Below, in pieces: positions 1 to 12,804 of a stretch of DNA of 64,000 nucleotides (the first letter of the stretch is position 1; every line of letters starts with the position of its first letter). The translations under genes and the position numbers were made by a program. This DNA is from Azolla caroliniana (taxonomy: Eukaryota; Plantae; Polypodiophyta): contig JBHGNT010000003.1 in assembly GCA_043228905.1 (NCBI GenBank), positions 2,914,001-2,978,000 on the forward strand. The letters are read 5' to 3'. Below the pieces are notes generated by a model, which was given only the letters and a program-made list of their open reading frames with translations, was not told where the DNA came from and ran no database searches.

Positions 1-167
1 TTCATCTTTGATAATAGACATGGGGTGAAAGCCTATATAAAGAAGTTGAAAGGTATTCTCATGTGGAATTTTTGGATGTTAGAGCATGTGGGGATCATTT
101 CCTCGAATGCTTATTCTGGTTTTTTAATAGCATTACAGAATGTCCCTCTCCCTACATAGGCATATGA

Positions 168-240
168 TAGGTAGAGGAGACTAGGAAGTGTTGTAACTAA
201 GTGGATTTTACATACAATTAATATAATTGTGTGCTTTTAC

Positions 241-279
<39 letters not shown>

Positions 280-365
280 GAGGTAGAGGAGACTAAGAAG
301 TGTTGTAACTAAGTGGATTTTACATACAATTAATATAATTGTGTGCTTTTACCAAAAGAGAGAGA
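168..365. repeat. Direct duplication of ~80 bp separated by (GA)n
   Basis: aggtagaggagacta(g/a)gaagtgttgtaactaagtggattttacatacaattaatataattgtgtgcttttaccaaa occurs at ~169 and ~281, each followed by a GA microsatellite. Confidence 0.85.
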
Positions 366-769
366 GAGAGGGAGGGAGGGAGGGAGACTACACACACGTG
401 AGGGAGAGAGGGAGTGAGGTATTAGTAGAGGTTCAAAGCATGAGTCAAATTTGTCCATATACAGAAAGCTACATTATGCATTATCGTTCACTTTAATTGT
501 GGTTCTATATCAACGATATTGCTCACTAGTCCATTTCATTGTAAAAGACATGATGCATCATGTGGGATTATACATAGCATTCTTTTAGAGGGAAATGAAA
601 TGAAGTTTCTTATTAATGAAGAGAGAGGGAGGGAGGGAGTTGTATACTACATAGTTGATCGTCTAAGAGAGGGGGGGGAGAGGAGACTACACAGACGTGA
701 GAGTGAGGGTGAGAGAGAGAGAGAGAGAGGGAGGGAGATAGGGAGAGAAGGAGGGGGGGAGGGAAGGGG

Positions 770-942
770 GTTTCCAAACTGGTTTCTAAGCCAGTTTCCA
801 AGTCGTTTCCCAAACCGGTTTAGGGATCAGTTTGGTTTGGTTTGGTTCAAGTTTGAGAACCCCAAAACACTTTAGGCTTAACCGGTTTGGTTTGGATAAG
901 GCCAGACCGGTTAAGCCTAAACCAAACCGTTGCCGATCCCTA
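770..942. mobile_element. hAT-like MITE remnant
   Basis: GGTTT/AAACC-rich subterminal repeats; ends in ttgccgatcccta (TIR TAGGGATCGGCAA on - strand), resembling the 51492 element; no matching 8-bp TSD found. Confidence 0.5.
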
Positions 943-1386
943 GTCTTTATGACATTGAAAAACTTTGCTCAACACTCGGAATGAAAATGATTCTATTGCC
1001 CTTTAAAAGCAAGGTTAATATGACTATGTCATCATTTGCCATAAAAATTATGGCTATTTTCACATTAGTGAATGGTTCGAGAGAAAACTTATAGTCATTG
1101 CAATGGATATATGCTTTTATGGCCCCTTCATTATAAAAGCTCTTTGTGCTTTTAGTTTGCGATCATGCAGTAATAGTTTCCTCCACCATTTGTATTTATA
1201 ACATTTTCAATTCTGATTTTCTTCATAACACTCCATCAACCCTAGTAAGGAATATGGCTTCCACCCCTTATAAATGGTCTAAATTCATCCTCATGAGGGG
1301 AACCCCATCTCTAAGCCTAGCACACCAACCTATCACATCCAAGGTAAGCTTATCAAAAGGCCCAAATGCAAACAGTCGAAACATGA

Positions 1387-2062
1387 TGTTGTGATGTGGG
1401 AAATACATAGGAAGAATTAAGTTAAATCAAGGATATGAAAAAGGTTGAGTGCTAGATTGAAGGTATAGTAAGGCTGGTATATCATGAGTTGAAGTTAACT
1501 ATAACAAGAAGGCTTATCTTAATTGGTAAAAGCATGTGCTATGAGTTCAAGGTCAGATGTTCAAGTGGGACCATAGAATATTTAGTGGATAAATTAACAT
1601 GATTGCAAACATTATGATTATCCTTTTGCTAACATCAAACGAAAAGAAAAGCCATGCCATGCAAGTAAAAAGAAGACAAGTGTGGAGCATGCAAAAATAC
1701 AAAACTAAAAACACCCACTTAAATCCTATATAAGTTTCAATTAGGGAGGGAAACAAAGTTAGAGATGCAAAAGTGTTGCCAAAATCTAAAAAGAGAAAGT
1801 TGGTGATCTTATCCTTTCTGTTTATTCCTGTCTTCTTCCTATCTTTCTTCTATTGCTTGTTCACTCCATGTAACAAAACCAAGAGATTTTCTCATTGTAT
1901 TTTCACCCTCATAAACTTATTCATGGTTACAAAAAATTAATATAATATACTTTCTCTTGTTTGTGTAAATCATTGTCTGAGTATCTAGTACAAAGGTTTT
2001 CCCATGAGGGTCGTTTTGGAATTCTCGGCTTAGAATTCTGAGCTCGAGAGATAGAGTTACAC
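1387..2062 (+). mobile_element. Possible solo or remnant LTR
   Basis: Begins tgttgtgatg and ends gttacaca, with an internal TATA-like cctatataag; no TSD found. Confidence 0.3.
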
Positions 2063-2190
2063 AAACTTTAGGGAAAGTGGGCAATGAAGATCCTTCGAGT
2101 CCAAAGACCTATCGGCTCTAGGTTATATTTGACTTTAAATTACCCTGACTCTGTATTACATTCAACTCTAACTTGCCTTCCAATCCTAGG

Positions 2191-4516
2191 GATGGTTTCG
2201 GGATGTGCAACACCTGACTTAGCTATGCTAAGGTGGATTGCTTACATCAAAGCAATGAACCCGGAGATCCACCACATTTCAGGGAAGAACAATGCCATGG
2301 CAGATATGCTATCGAGGGCAAGATTCGAGGGCGAAAGCGACATGGTGTCTGAAGATGAGGATGTCTCTCTTGACTTCTTTAAGACGGCCCAAGCGTCTAT
2401 AGATGATCGAGATGTGCGAGTACTCCACGCCTTCAACGAAAGCGAATACGAAGGGGAGTTGCTACACATTGGCAAGTTCTTAAGGTCAATGATAGTGGAT
2501 AGTTCATGGTCGAAGGAGGAAGCATAGAGAGTCCGAAAGAAAGCGTTGTCGTGCCCTTCGACTCCGGATCGTTGCGTGAGTCGGGTGGGAACCGCCGAGG
2601 TTTTTGACTAGGAGGAAGAGGAATACAACTTAAGGCTAGTTATGAATAGTGGAAAGAGAAGTAAGATGACAACCTCGTGAATCCCACGAGTTTAGTGTAA
2701 TTAAAACAATATTTAGATTATTAGAGCAATTAGATGGCAAAAATTCGTGAATCCCACGAATCTATTAGATTGATCAATTCTTCTATATTAATCAACAACC
2801 ATATACATATTTCTCTCCTCCTTATATAAAGATGGAAGAGGCTAAGCATGGCTTCATCCTTTTTCACCTAAAGTGTCCATGCACACTAAATGTGCATGTG
2901 ATGCTTTGTCATTTCCTAAATATAGGGCTCATGCACGCTAGATGTGCATGAGTCACTTTTAATGTCACGTGTAAATAAAATATTCACACTCTAAAGAATA
3001 CATGATTTTTACCTTTTTATAAAGGTATGTGTAAATAAAGGTCTTATACGTATTAAATCTATATTTATAACACTAAAGATAAGTTATTACAATGGTAAAG
3101 TTGGGGTTTATTTACATGGAGGTGCATGGTTCAAATCTTGCCCTATGCACGTGATATATTCTTTTGATATATTATTTATTTATTTATATGTATCTAAAAT
3201 CGGATATATTATTTTATGGTTTTCACGTAGTGTGTGGAATACACTACGACAGCGTACAAGTACTTCCTACGAGGGGGATTCCTCTGGAGGCACCCGAAGA
3301 GAAGGACGGGGACGCCACAACGAGTGGTCATAAAGGAAGAAGACCAGACAACATTGGTGTGTGAGTTCCACGAGAATCCTTGGGCGGGCCATAGAGGGAC
3401 GTGGGCAACATTCAAGAAGTTAAAGGAGAAGTATTGGTGGCCGGGAATGTACAAGGATGTTGCCCATTTCGTGGGGACGTGTGAAAGCTGCTAGATACAC
3501 TCCAACATACGCCATAGGGATGAGTTGCACCCGACCTACCCACTTACCATACACTTCAAATGGAAGGTGGATTTGGTTTCGATGCCGATGGGAGTGGGCC
3601 AAATGAAATATTTGGTGCTAGCAAGAGAAGACCTAACAAACCAAGTAGAACGATGAGCCTTGGCAAACAAAAGGACGGCGGGGGTGTGTAAATTCTTACT
3701 TGAGGATGTCATCTGCCGGTACGGAAGTGTGGGAAAGATAATGGCCGACAGAGGAGAGTTGAATGCTCATGAAGCTATAGAGCTCTTTGAACGACTTGGA
3801 GTGAAGCTCTCTCTCACGACCGCTTATAACCCGGAGGCTAATAGAAACATAGAACGCGACACGTGACTATCATAAAAGCCATTGTAAGAGCTTGCGATGG
3901 GCGAGTCGGAAATTGGCCTCGGTTACTACCTTATGCCTTGTGGGGCGACAAAACAACTCATAGCTCAAATACAGGTTTCATGCCAGCTAAACTCATGTAC
4001 GGACAAAAGCCGGTGATGCCCATTGAAGACACGATCGCGTCATGGGTAGCGATGCTGTGGGAAGATGAGATGAGTCGGGAAGAGCTTCTAGCAACAAGGA
4101 TAAGGCAACTTGAGAGAAGACCCAAAGATTTGGAGTTGGCAAAGGAGAGGTTAGAAGCGGCTAGACTAAGTAACAAAGCCCGGTTCGACAAGACACACCG
4201 ACTACGCCCTCGAAAGATCGAAAAAGGAGACTGGGTGATTGTATATGATAGTAGTCTCGACAATCAACATAGCTCGATGCCGAAATTCGCAAAGCGATGG
4301 TTCGGGCCATACGTGGTAACGAGTGCAAACGATAATGCTACCTACCATCTCGCTGAACTCGATGGGACTAAGCTGGCTATACCAATAGCCGAGAAGCGGG
4401 TCAAAATCTTCAAAAAGCGACACAACAAGGAGCCAAACCTCGATGACCTTGACGAAGATAAAGGCGAGCAAACACCAAGCCACGGAGTCAATGAGGAGGA
4501 GGAAATGAACTATTGA
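2191..4516 (+). pseudogene. Ty3/Gypsy pol remnant (RNase H end + integrase), non-chromovirus-like
   Basis: HISGKNNAMADMLSR (RNase H end); H..PWAGHRG..CESC zinc finger; ADRGE..AYNPEAN core; WFGPY motif. In-frame stops at ~2525, 3492 and 3654, frameshift at ~3863, interrupted by solo LTR 2547-3251. Confidence 0.9.
2547..3251 (-). mobile_element. Nested solo LTR (TGTCG...CGACA), 4-bp TSD GCGT
   Basis: gcgt|tgtcgtg ... ctacgaca|gcgt; removal restores the pol reading KKAYKYF; the conserved terminal motif is on the - strand. Confidence 0.85.
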
Positions 4517-4576
4517 CCACCCTCAGCCCACCATTCTTGGCACATACCGGAGGATGTGCGGTTTGGTGGGAGTGGA

Positions 4577-5414
4577 TGTCGTGATGTGGCATGCTCGAGA
4601 GTGGGAAAAACTGGCGAAAGGGGGGGTCAAAATGTGCATGTGCAATGTTTGTGCGTGGTTTAAGGAATTTTATTCCTTTTTTGCATTAAAGACAAAATTG
4701 GCGACCTCCCCTTCCTTTTTTCCTATAAAAGGAGGTCGAGGGGGGCTCATTCGAGGAGGACGTTTTTGGGAGGAGGAGACTATCGCCATTTTTCCTTTAG
4801 AGCTCTTCATGGTCTTATTCACCACTTCTCTTCATCTCATACCCCTCCATCCCCCCACCGCCACGTGCTCGTCTTCTTCGTGTCGGCACTCGAAGTGCTC
4901 GTGAGCCCAAGCTTCGTTGGTTCGACATTGCTCCGCCCCATTCGTCGTTGCGAGCCGGTGTGCTCACCGTTCGGGTGGTCGTGGTTCATTGGGATTGGCA
5001 TTTTGGTGGTGCTCGTGTGTTCATCTTCACTGTGGTCAGATTTTCTCTTGTCTCTAAGGGCATTTAGTATTTATGTTTTGATTGAGCTTGTGGTTAACTA
5101 TAAGTTACCATTGTAATCAAAGCCTATTTTATAAAGGGTCCTCTTGCGTTGGAATCGAACACGTATTTATTTCTTTGGCCGATATCATTCGTGTTTCTTT
5201 CTTTCCTTCTTTTCTTTGTTCGTGTCTTCCTTGTACGTTCGGCCGTCTTGTGACGAGGGAGCGTTTCGAGCGTGCCCATGCACCTCTCCTCCTCATAAAG
5301 ACGTACGAGCATTTGTGCATGTGTTTGTGTCTTCCTTGTACGTTCGGTCGTCTTGTGACGAAGGACCGTTTCGGGATTGCCCATGCACCTCTCCTCCTCA
5401 TAAAGGTGTACGAG

Positions 5415-5453
<39 letters not shown>

Positions 5454-5931
5454 TTCCTTGTACGTTTGATCGTCTTGTGATGAGGGAGCGTTTCAGGCGT
5501 GCCCATGCACCTCTCCTCCTCATAAAGGCGTACGAGCATTTTGTGCGTGTGTTTTGTGTCTTCCTCGTACGTTCGACGTCTTGTGACGAGGGAGCGTTCG
5601 GGAGGGCCCATGCACCTCTCCTCCTCATAAAGATGTACGGGCATTCGTGTTTGTGTTATCATCCCCTTGTGCGTTCATCTTGCGTGCTCATCTTTCTTGT
5701 ACCCGTTTGATCACTTGGCTCGTGCGGTGATCTTGAAAGGTCGACAAGTTGTGATCAACGAGAGCCACTGGGGTCACAAAAGAAAGGGCAACGAGACCTT
5801 GCTCGGGAAGGGGTCGGGAAGTAGTATTGTCGTAAAGCAAACCTCGGGTCTTCTCTATCCCTTGAGTACTCCCTAGTCCAAGACCCCGGTGGTCCCGCCC
5901 AAGTAACACATGCGCGCGAAACTTCGTGACA
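4577..5931 (+). mobile_element. 3' LTR of the Gypsy element at 2191-4516
   Basis: PPT-like ggtgggagtgga precedes TGTCGTG; ends cgtgaca; host sequence acgttcttagttggg then resumes, as at 22225. Confidence 0.8.
5220..5650. repeat. Four copies of a ~105-125 bp tandem repeat inside the LTR
   Basis: Unit gtgtcttccttgtacgttcg..cgtcttgtgacgagggagcg..gcccatgcacctctcctcctcataaag..gtacgagcattt, with a (GT)n spacer expansion. Confidence 0.9.
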
Positions 5932-5944
5932 ACGTTCTTAGTTG

Positions 5945-6522
5945 GGTATGGTGGATCCCAGAAGACTCCATGGTGGAAAGTTTTCTTTATTGACGTTGAA
6001 ACACTTTGGTGATATCCAGGAAGATTCAAGGGTGGACATTTTTTAATATTGATGTTAACATGTTTTGCCACAATCCACAAAGCCTCGAGGACGGATGTCT
6101 TTCTATATTTTGGTGTGATCCAAGAAGAGTCAAGGGTGAAAATCTTTCTATATCGATGGCGTAACATGTTTTGGTGGGATCCAAGAAAAATCGAGGGCAA
6201 AAATCATTCTATATCGATGGTATAACATGTTTTGGTAGGATCCAAGAAGAGTTGAGGGCGAAAATCTTTCTATATCGATGGCATAACACGTTTTGGTGGG
6301 ATCCAAGATGAGTCAAGGGTAGAAATCTTTCTATATCAATGTCAAGACATTTTAGTGGCGTCTAAGAAGAGTCAAGGGTGGAAGTCTTTCTCTATTAATG
6401 TCAACACACTTTGGTGGCAAAACGTCCACCTTTGACTCATGCCTCGATATCACCAAAATGTCTTGACATTCCTACCCTTGACTTTTCTTGGATGCCACCA
6501 CCAAAATGTGTTCACATCAATA
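5945..6522. repeat. ~60-bp tandem array (~8 direct + 2 inverted units) upstream of DUF247-A1
   Basis: Unit ttttggtgggatccaagaagagtcaagggtggaagtctttctatatcgatg..aaca; inverted copies at 6422-6522; followed by gtataaaaagagg. Confidence 0.9.
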
Positions 6523-6539
6523 CATAAGAACTAATAGGT

Positions 6540-6552
6540 GTATAAAAAGAGG
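6540..6552 (+). promoter_or_regulatory. Putative TATA box of type-A DUF247 genes
   Basis: gtataaaaagagg is conserved upstream of A1 (6540), A2 (22785), A3 (34870) and A4 (44851). Confidence 0.6.
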
Positions 6553-6679
6553 AATGGATGGTACTTTGATCATCTACAAGAAATTTATCAATTTACAAGA
6601 AGAAAAAGAGGAAGAAATTATCAGTTTAGAAGAAGTAGAAGAAGAAGAAATCAGTTTAGAAGTAGTAGTCGTTTAAGAG

Positions 6680-6850
6680 ATGGGTGAGATTCATATCAAC
6701 AAGGAAATCTGCCTTACAATCCAACCCAATTGGGCTGTTGTGCATCCACATGAACCCATCCCTCCGAACCATACAAACCACTCCATTGGGAAACTTGACC
6801 AATCCAAATGGTGGAAAGAAATCATAACAAAGATCACGAATATCACGAAT
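6680..6850 (+). pseudogene. DUF247 type-A1 5' fragment
   Basis: MGEIHINKEICLTIQPNWAVVHPHEPIPPNHTNHSIGKLDQSKWWKEI matches the N-terminus of 23053; homology then switches to the type-B promoter. Confidence 0.85.
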
Positions 6851-7033
6851 GTGTCAATCTATGCACATAACTATGATCGGTGTTGTGATCAGACATTGAT
6901 CGGTCCACAAAAAGGGTTGCACTAACAAGTTGGGCCCACTAAAAAAAAAACTTCACATCTCAAATAAAAAGGTATAGAAGAATCGATTAATTAGAATCGA
7001 TGTTCTTCCTATGGGAAATGGCTCCTCACATAC

Positions 7034-10000
7034 TGAAAGAGTTTCACTCCGATTCGAAATCAGAAATTGAACTTAGACGCAAACAGGAAATAAGAAAGAA
7101 CACACAATTTACGTGGAAAACCCTGATTTAGGGAAAAACCACGGAACAGAGCTTTCACTATGAGAAATGATAGAATACAATCATAGAACAATGAAACCTG
7201 ATTTGGTATGAGCACGTACTGAAACCACGATTTCAGTCAAGCTCTTCAAACTCTAGCACGCAGGTGACTATTCCTTCCGAAGCTTCCGAAGCTTCTCTGT
7301 CTTTTTCTCTTTTGCTTCACACTTCTTTTCTTCTTACTTAGCTTCTGAGTACGTATACTCTTACACAGCCACTACTGTGTAGAAAACCAGTCGTTCTCAG
7401 ATTCACCACGCACACACTACTCGTTTTTCTCTCATATATATATATATCTCACACCCTCACATACGCTATGTAGGTTTTCCCCTTTTCTCACTATTTCACT
7501 CTTAGTGAGTTATCCCACATACAGGCGCACTACCAGGCCTGTCAGCATATATATACTAAGTCGTTTTCTTCTTTGAATGTAGAAGACATATGTATATGTA
7601 TATGTGTGTCTATTTGACTGAGTACGAATTTGACTCTCTCACCGAATTCGATCAGCTAACCCCGATTCGGTTCTTCGCAACTGACTATTCTTTTACTTTT
7701 CGAATTTCGACCAAATTCGGTAATTCGGTTTTTCGGCCGATTTCAGTGATTCGACTCTAATCGGCTTTTCGACCGATTTCGACCAGTCGACACTCAAGTC
7801 GACTTTTCGGCCGACTCCCCCGCAAGGAGGGACGCCTTTACACAACAAACTCCCCCTTCACTCCTGTAGGGGGAGAACCAACCAAGCCAATCTTATTCCG
7901 GCATGCAACAAGCTTTTCCATAGGCAAAATTTTTGTGAGCATGTCTGAGCCATTTTCTTCAGTGGGGATCTTAGATAGAACAAACTCATTTTCTTCCACT
8001 CTTTCTCTTAACCAATGGTACCTTCTTTGAATGTGCTTTGTACGAGAGTGGTAGGTAGCATTTTTAGCTAGATGGATAGCACTTTGATTGTCACAATGAA
8101 GTAAGTACTTGTCTTGCTTCAATCCTAGTTCATTCAAGAACTCTCTCATCCAAATAAGTAATTTTCCGGCTTCCACTGCAGCCATATACTCAGCCTCGGT
8201 GGTAGACAAAGCCACAACCTTTTGCAATCTTGATTGCCATGACACAGCTCCCCCTGAATACGTCATCACATACCCTGATGTGGATCGGTTAGAATCTACA
8301 TCACCCGACATGTCAGAATCTGTAAAACCTTCTAGCACAGGTTTCCCGGAGCCATATCTAAGACATACATTCGAAGTTCCTTTGAGGTATCTAAGAATCC
8401 ATTTCACAGCTTCCCAATGCTCCCTTCCAGGATTTCCCATGTATCGACTAACTATCCCGACAGCAAATGCAATGTCCGGCCTTGTGCAAACCATAGCATA
8501 CATAAGGCTACCAACCGCAGAGGCATACGGCACTCTTCTCATCTCTGCCTTATCTTTCTCAGATTTCGGACATTGTCCTGAATTTAACTTACAGTCCATT
8601 GGCAATGGAGATCCGACTGATTTTGCATCGCACATATTAAACCTTTGCAAAACTTTTGCCACATATTTCTCTTGTGACAGCCATAGCAAGTTTTCAGTCC
8701 TGTCCCGGACTATATGCATTCCCAAAATCTGTTTTGCCGGTCCTAAGTCTTTCATGGCAAATGATTTGCTCAATGATTTCTTCAAGCTTGCAATCTTTTT
8801 GACATCCTGTCCAACAACCAACATATCATCCACATACAACAACAGAATAAGAAAGTCACCCTCATTATACCTTTTCACAAATACACAATGATCCGCTTGT
8901 GTTTTGTGGAATCCATGTTCCAACATGAAGGACTCAAATTTCTTATACCATTGTCGTGGAGCTTGCTTTAAACCATACAAGCTTTTCTTCAACCTACACA
9001 CGAGATTTTCTTTTCCTTTTACCTCAAAGCCCTCCGGTTGTTGCATATAGATTTCCTCTTCTAGCTCACCATGCAAGAAGGCTGTTTTAACATCTAGTTG
9101 TTCAATTTCAAGATTCATACTAGCGGCCATACTCAAGACAGTCCGAATAGAGGTCATTTTTACAACTGGGGCAAAAATCTCATCAAAGTCAACACCCTTT
9201 TTCTGTTGGAAACCCTTTACGACGATACGGGCCTTATACCTGGGTGTACTACCATCTTCACCAGTCTTTAATTTGTAGACCCATTTGTTTCTAAGTGCCT
9301 TCTTACCATCAGGCAACTCCATCAGCTCATAAGTTAGGTTCTCATGCAAGGAATCCATTTCTTCTTGCATGGCATTATACCATTTCTCCTTGTGTACATC
9401 AGTCATGGCCTCTTCATAGCATTCTGGTTTCCCTTCATCAGTCAAGAGAACATATTGACTGGCTGGATATCTAGAAGAGACCTTCCTTTGTCTTCGTGGA
9501 TATCTTCTCCCTTCAATAATTGGCTGATGGCCGTTTTCTTCCAGCAACTCATCTTCCGACTCCAATTCGTGTGTATCAGTCAGATGTTGGGTGTCGACCG
9601 ACTCAGATTGTTGTTGGGTGTCGACCGACTCAAATTCAATTTCATTAGCCGATTGTTGTGTGGGAGTCGGATCGACTAGTATTGACTCCATAGCAGTGAT
9701 CGATTTGGGAGACGACTCTGGTCTTTGTTGCTCCCAGTCCTCGATTGTCTTGTCTTCCATGAATATGACATCTCGACTTCTTATCACTTTCTTGTCAAGG
9801 AGATCCCACATTCTGTACCCGAACTCGTCTTCCGAGTACCCCAAGAATATACAAGGTTTGGACTTGCTGTCCAGTTTTGACCTCTGATCTTTAGCAACAT
9901 GTACATAGGCCAAACATCCAAACACCTTTAAGTGCTGATAAGACACATTTCTTCTTGTCCACACTCTTTGTGGTACATCCCCCTTCAAAGGCACTGATGG

Positions 10001-12710
10001 AGACCTGTTTATGAGATAAACAGCCGTCAACATTGCTTCAGCCCAATATGATTTTGGCAATTTTGCATGTGCCAACATGCTTCTTACCCTTTCCATCATG
10101 GTTCGATTCATTCTTTCTGCTAGACCATTTAGCTCAGGTTTCTTCGGCACCGTATACTCAAGTTTGATGCCTTGAGTCTTGCAATACATCTCAAATTGGC
10201 CTCTATATTCGCCACCGTTATCTGTCCGGACAGCCTTCAGCTTCTGTCCGGATTCTCTTTCTGCCCTGGCATGAAACTCTTTAAAGACCGACAACACTTG
10301 GTCTTTAGACACCAGCACATAAGCCCACACTTTCCTACTGAAGTCATCAATAAATGTGACAAAGTATTGTCCTCCACGATGAGATGGGGCATGAACATAA
10401 CATACATCGGTGTGAACCAACTCTAAGGCATGCTCTCTCCTCATTGGAGGCCTAGAGTGAAACACTGTTCTATTTTGTTTTCCAGCCAGGCAATCCACAC
10501 ACTTTTCCAAATGCACTCCTTTCACCTCTGGTAGGAAATCCTTTTCCGCAAGGATATGCATTCCCCTTTCACTCATATGTCCGAGCCTTTTATGCCACAA
10601 CTCACCATCTGGGCCAGCCACTACATTTGCTTCCTCTCAACACAACTTCCCATGCATTACATATAGTGTGTTCTGTTTTTGGGCTCGAGCCACGATCAGG
10701 CTCCCTTTACAGAACTTCCATGAACCATTTTGGAAGCCACCGCTGTACCCTTCATCGTCTAGCCGTCCAGCCGATATCAAGTTCAACCTGACATCCGGAA
10801 CATGACGTACATCCTTCAACATTAACCTGCAGCCTGTAGATGTTAGCAAGCACACAGTTCCTATGCCCACAATCTTGCATTCCCCGTCATTTCCCATCTT
10901 TACATGACCATAGTCACCCGCTGTGTAGGATGAGAAACATTCTCTTTTGGGAGTTAGGTGAAATGATGCACCGGAATCCACTACCCATGAGCTCTCAGCA
11001 CTTGCAAGATTCACACTAGCTTGTTCACATATGAACAACATCTCTTCCTCACTAGTTGCGATGGCTGAGGTATTTTTATCATCGGAGATTTTTCTAGGTT
11101 CGATCTCATCAGCCATGCCTTTGTCCTTCCTAAGGTGTCGACAATTCTTTTGGAAGTGGCCAGGCTTCCCACAATAAAAACATGTAGGTCTTCCTCTAGA
11201 TTTCGACCTAAACCTATCCCCATTTTCTAGACTTCTATGTTCTCTTCTACCTCTACTAAATTCTTGGGTCACATTAGCCTCCGATTGAGATAAAGCACTT
11301 TTATCCTTTCTTCTTGTCTCTTCATTTAGAATACTCGTTTTTACTACTTGTAAGGATAAGTTGTCTTCTTTACATGAAGTGCTGAGTGTTACTATTAGGT
11401 TTTCCCAACTATCGGGTAGAGTACATAATAATAGTGTGGCCTGCATACAATCATCTAATGGGAACTTCGATGATGCTAACTGATTCACTAGTCCCATAAA
11501 CGCACTAATGTGCTCTACTATACTCTCTCCGTCTACATACTTCAGTCTCACTATCTTCCTCATCAAGAAGGTCTTATTTAAGGCATTTTTCCTTTCATAG
11601 AGAGCGGAAAGCTTATGCCATAGCTCGAAGGCATTTGTGTCACTCGCTACATGTTGTAGGACACTAATGTCTACACATTGTCTTATGGTCACCACTGCCT
11701 TCCTATTTAGGATTCTCCACTCCGAATCTATTACCCCCTTTGGTATATCCTTGTTTTCTATAGGCTCATACAAGTCTTTTACTATTAAGAGATCTTCCAT
11801 TTTGATCTTCCAATCTGAATAGTTTTGTGAGTTCAAGACAATCATCCCAGGAAAGCCACTCACGCTCCCTTCCATCTAGAACCTATGCTCCGATACCAGT
11901 TTGAAAGAGTTTCACTCCGATTCGAAATCAGAAATTGAACTTAGACGCAAACAGGAAATAAGAAAGAACACACAATTTACGTGGAAAACCCTGATTTAGG
12001 GAAAAACCACGGAACAGAGCTTTCACTATGAGAAATGACAGAATACAATCATAGAACAATGAAACCTGATTTGGTATGAGCATGTACTGAAACCACGATT
12101 TCAGTCAAGTTCTTCAAACTCTAGCACGCAGGTGACTATTCCTTCCGAAGCTTCCGAAGCTTCTCTGTCTTTTTCTCTTTTGCTTCACACTTCTTTTCTT
12201 CTTACTTAGCTTCTGAGTACGTATACTCTTACACAGCCACTACTATGCAGAAAACCAGTCGTTCTCAGATTCACCACGCACACACTACTCGTTTTTCTCT
12301 CATATATATATCTCACACCCTCACATACGCTATGTAGGTTTTCCCCTTTTCTCACTATTTCACTCTTAGTGAGTTATCCCACATACAGGCGCACTACCAG
12401 GCCTGTCAGCATATATATACTAAGTCGTTTTCTTCTTTGAATGTAGAAGACATATGTATATGTATATGTGTGTCTATTCGACTGAGTACGAATTTGACTC
12501 TCTCACCGAATTCGATCAACTAACCCGATTCGGTTCTTCGCAACTGACTATTCTTTTACTTTCCGAATTTCGACCAAATTCGGTAATTCGGTTTTTCGGC
12601 CGATTTCAGTGATTCGACTCTAATCGGCTTTTCAACTGATTTCGACCAGTCGACACTCAAGTCGACTTTTCGGCCGACTCCCGCGCAAGGAGGGACGCCT
12701 TTACACAACA
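7034..12710 (-). mobile_element. Full-length Ty1/Copia LTR retrotransposon (Tnt1/Tork-like), copy 1
   Basis: LTRs 11902-12710 and 7034-7847 (TG..CA); TSD CATAC; PBS tggtatcggagc (tRNA-iMet); PPT ggagtgaagggggag. Confidence 0.97.
7838..11875 (-). pseudogene. Copia gag-pol with a single premature stop
   Basis: CX2CX4HX4C knuckle, DSGAS protease, integrase, YVDD RT, RNase H; CGA>TGA at 10637-10639 relative to copy 2. Confidence 0.93.
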
Positions 12711-12751
12711 CATACTGCTAATCATGTAGGGAATTCCACACATTTGCATTC

Positions 12752-12804
<53 letters not shown>

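Noticed and set aside
5082-5710. Overlapping 130-190 aa ORFs on both strands
   Set aside because: Products of tandem repeats and (GT)n inside an LTR
5945-6420. CRISPR-like appearance of the ~60-bp arrays
   Set aside because: The whole unit is repeated with no unique spacers, there are no cas genes, and the context is eukaryotic
8109-8891. 260-aa ORF (also 57723-58505)
   Set aside because: Antisense shadow of the Copia RT/RNase H region; conserved only because the two copies are nearly identical
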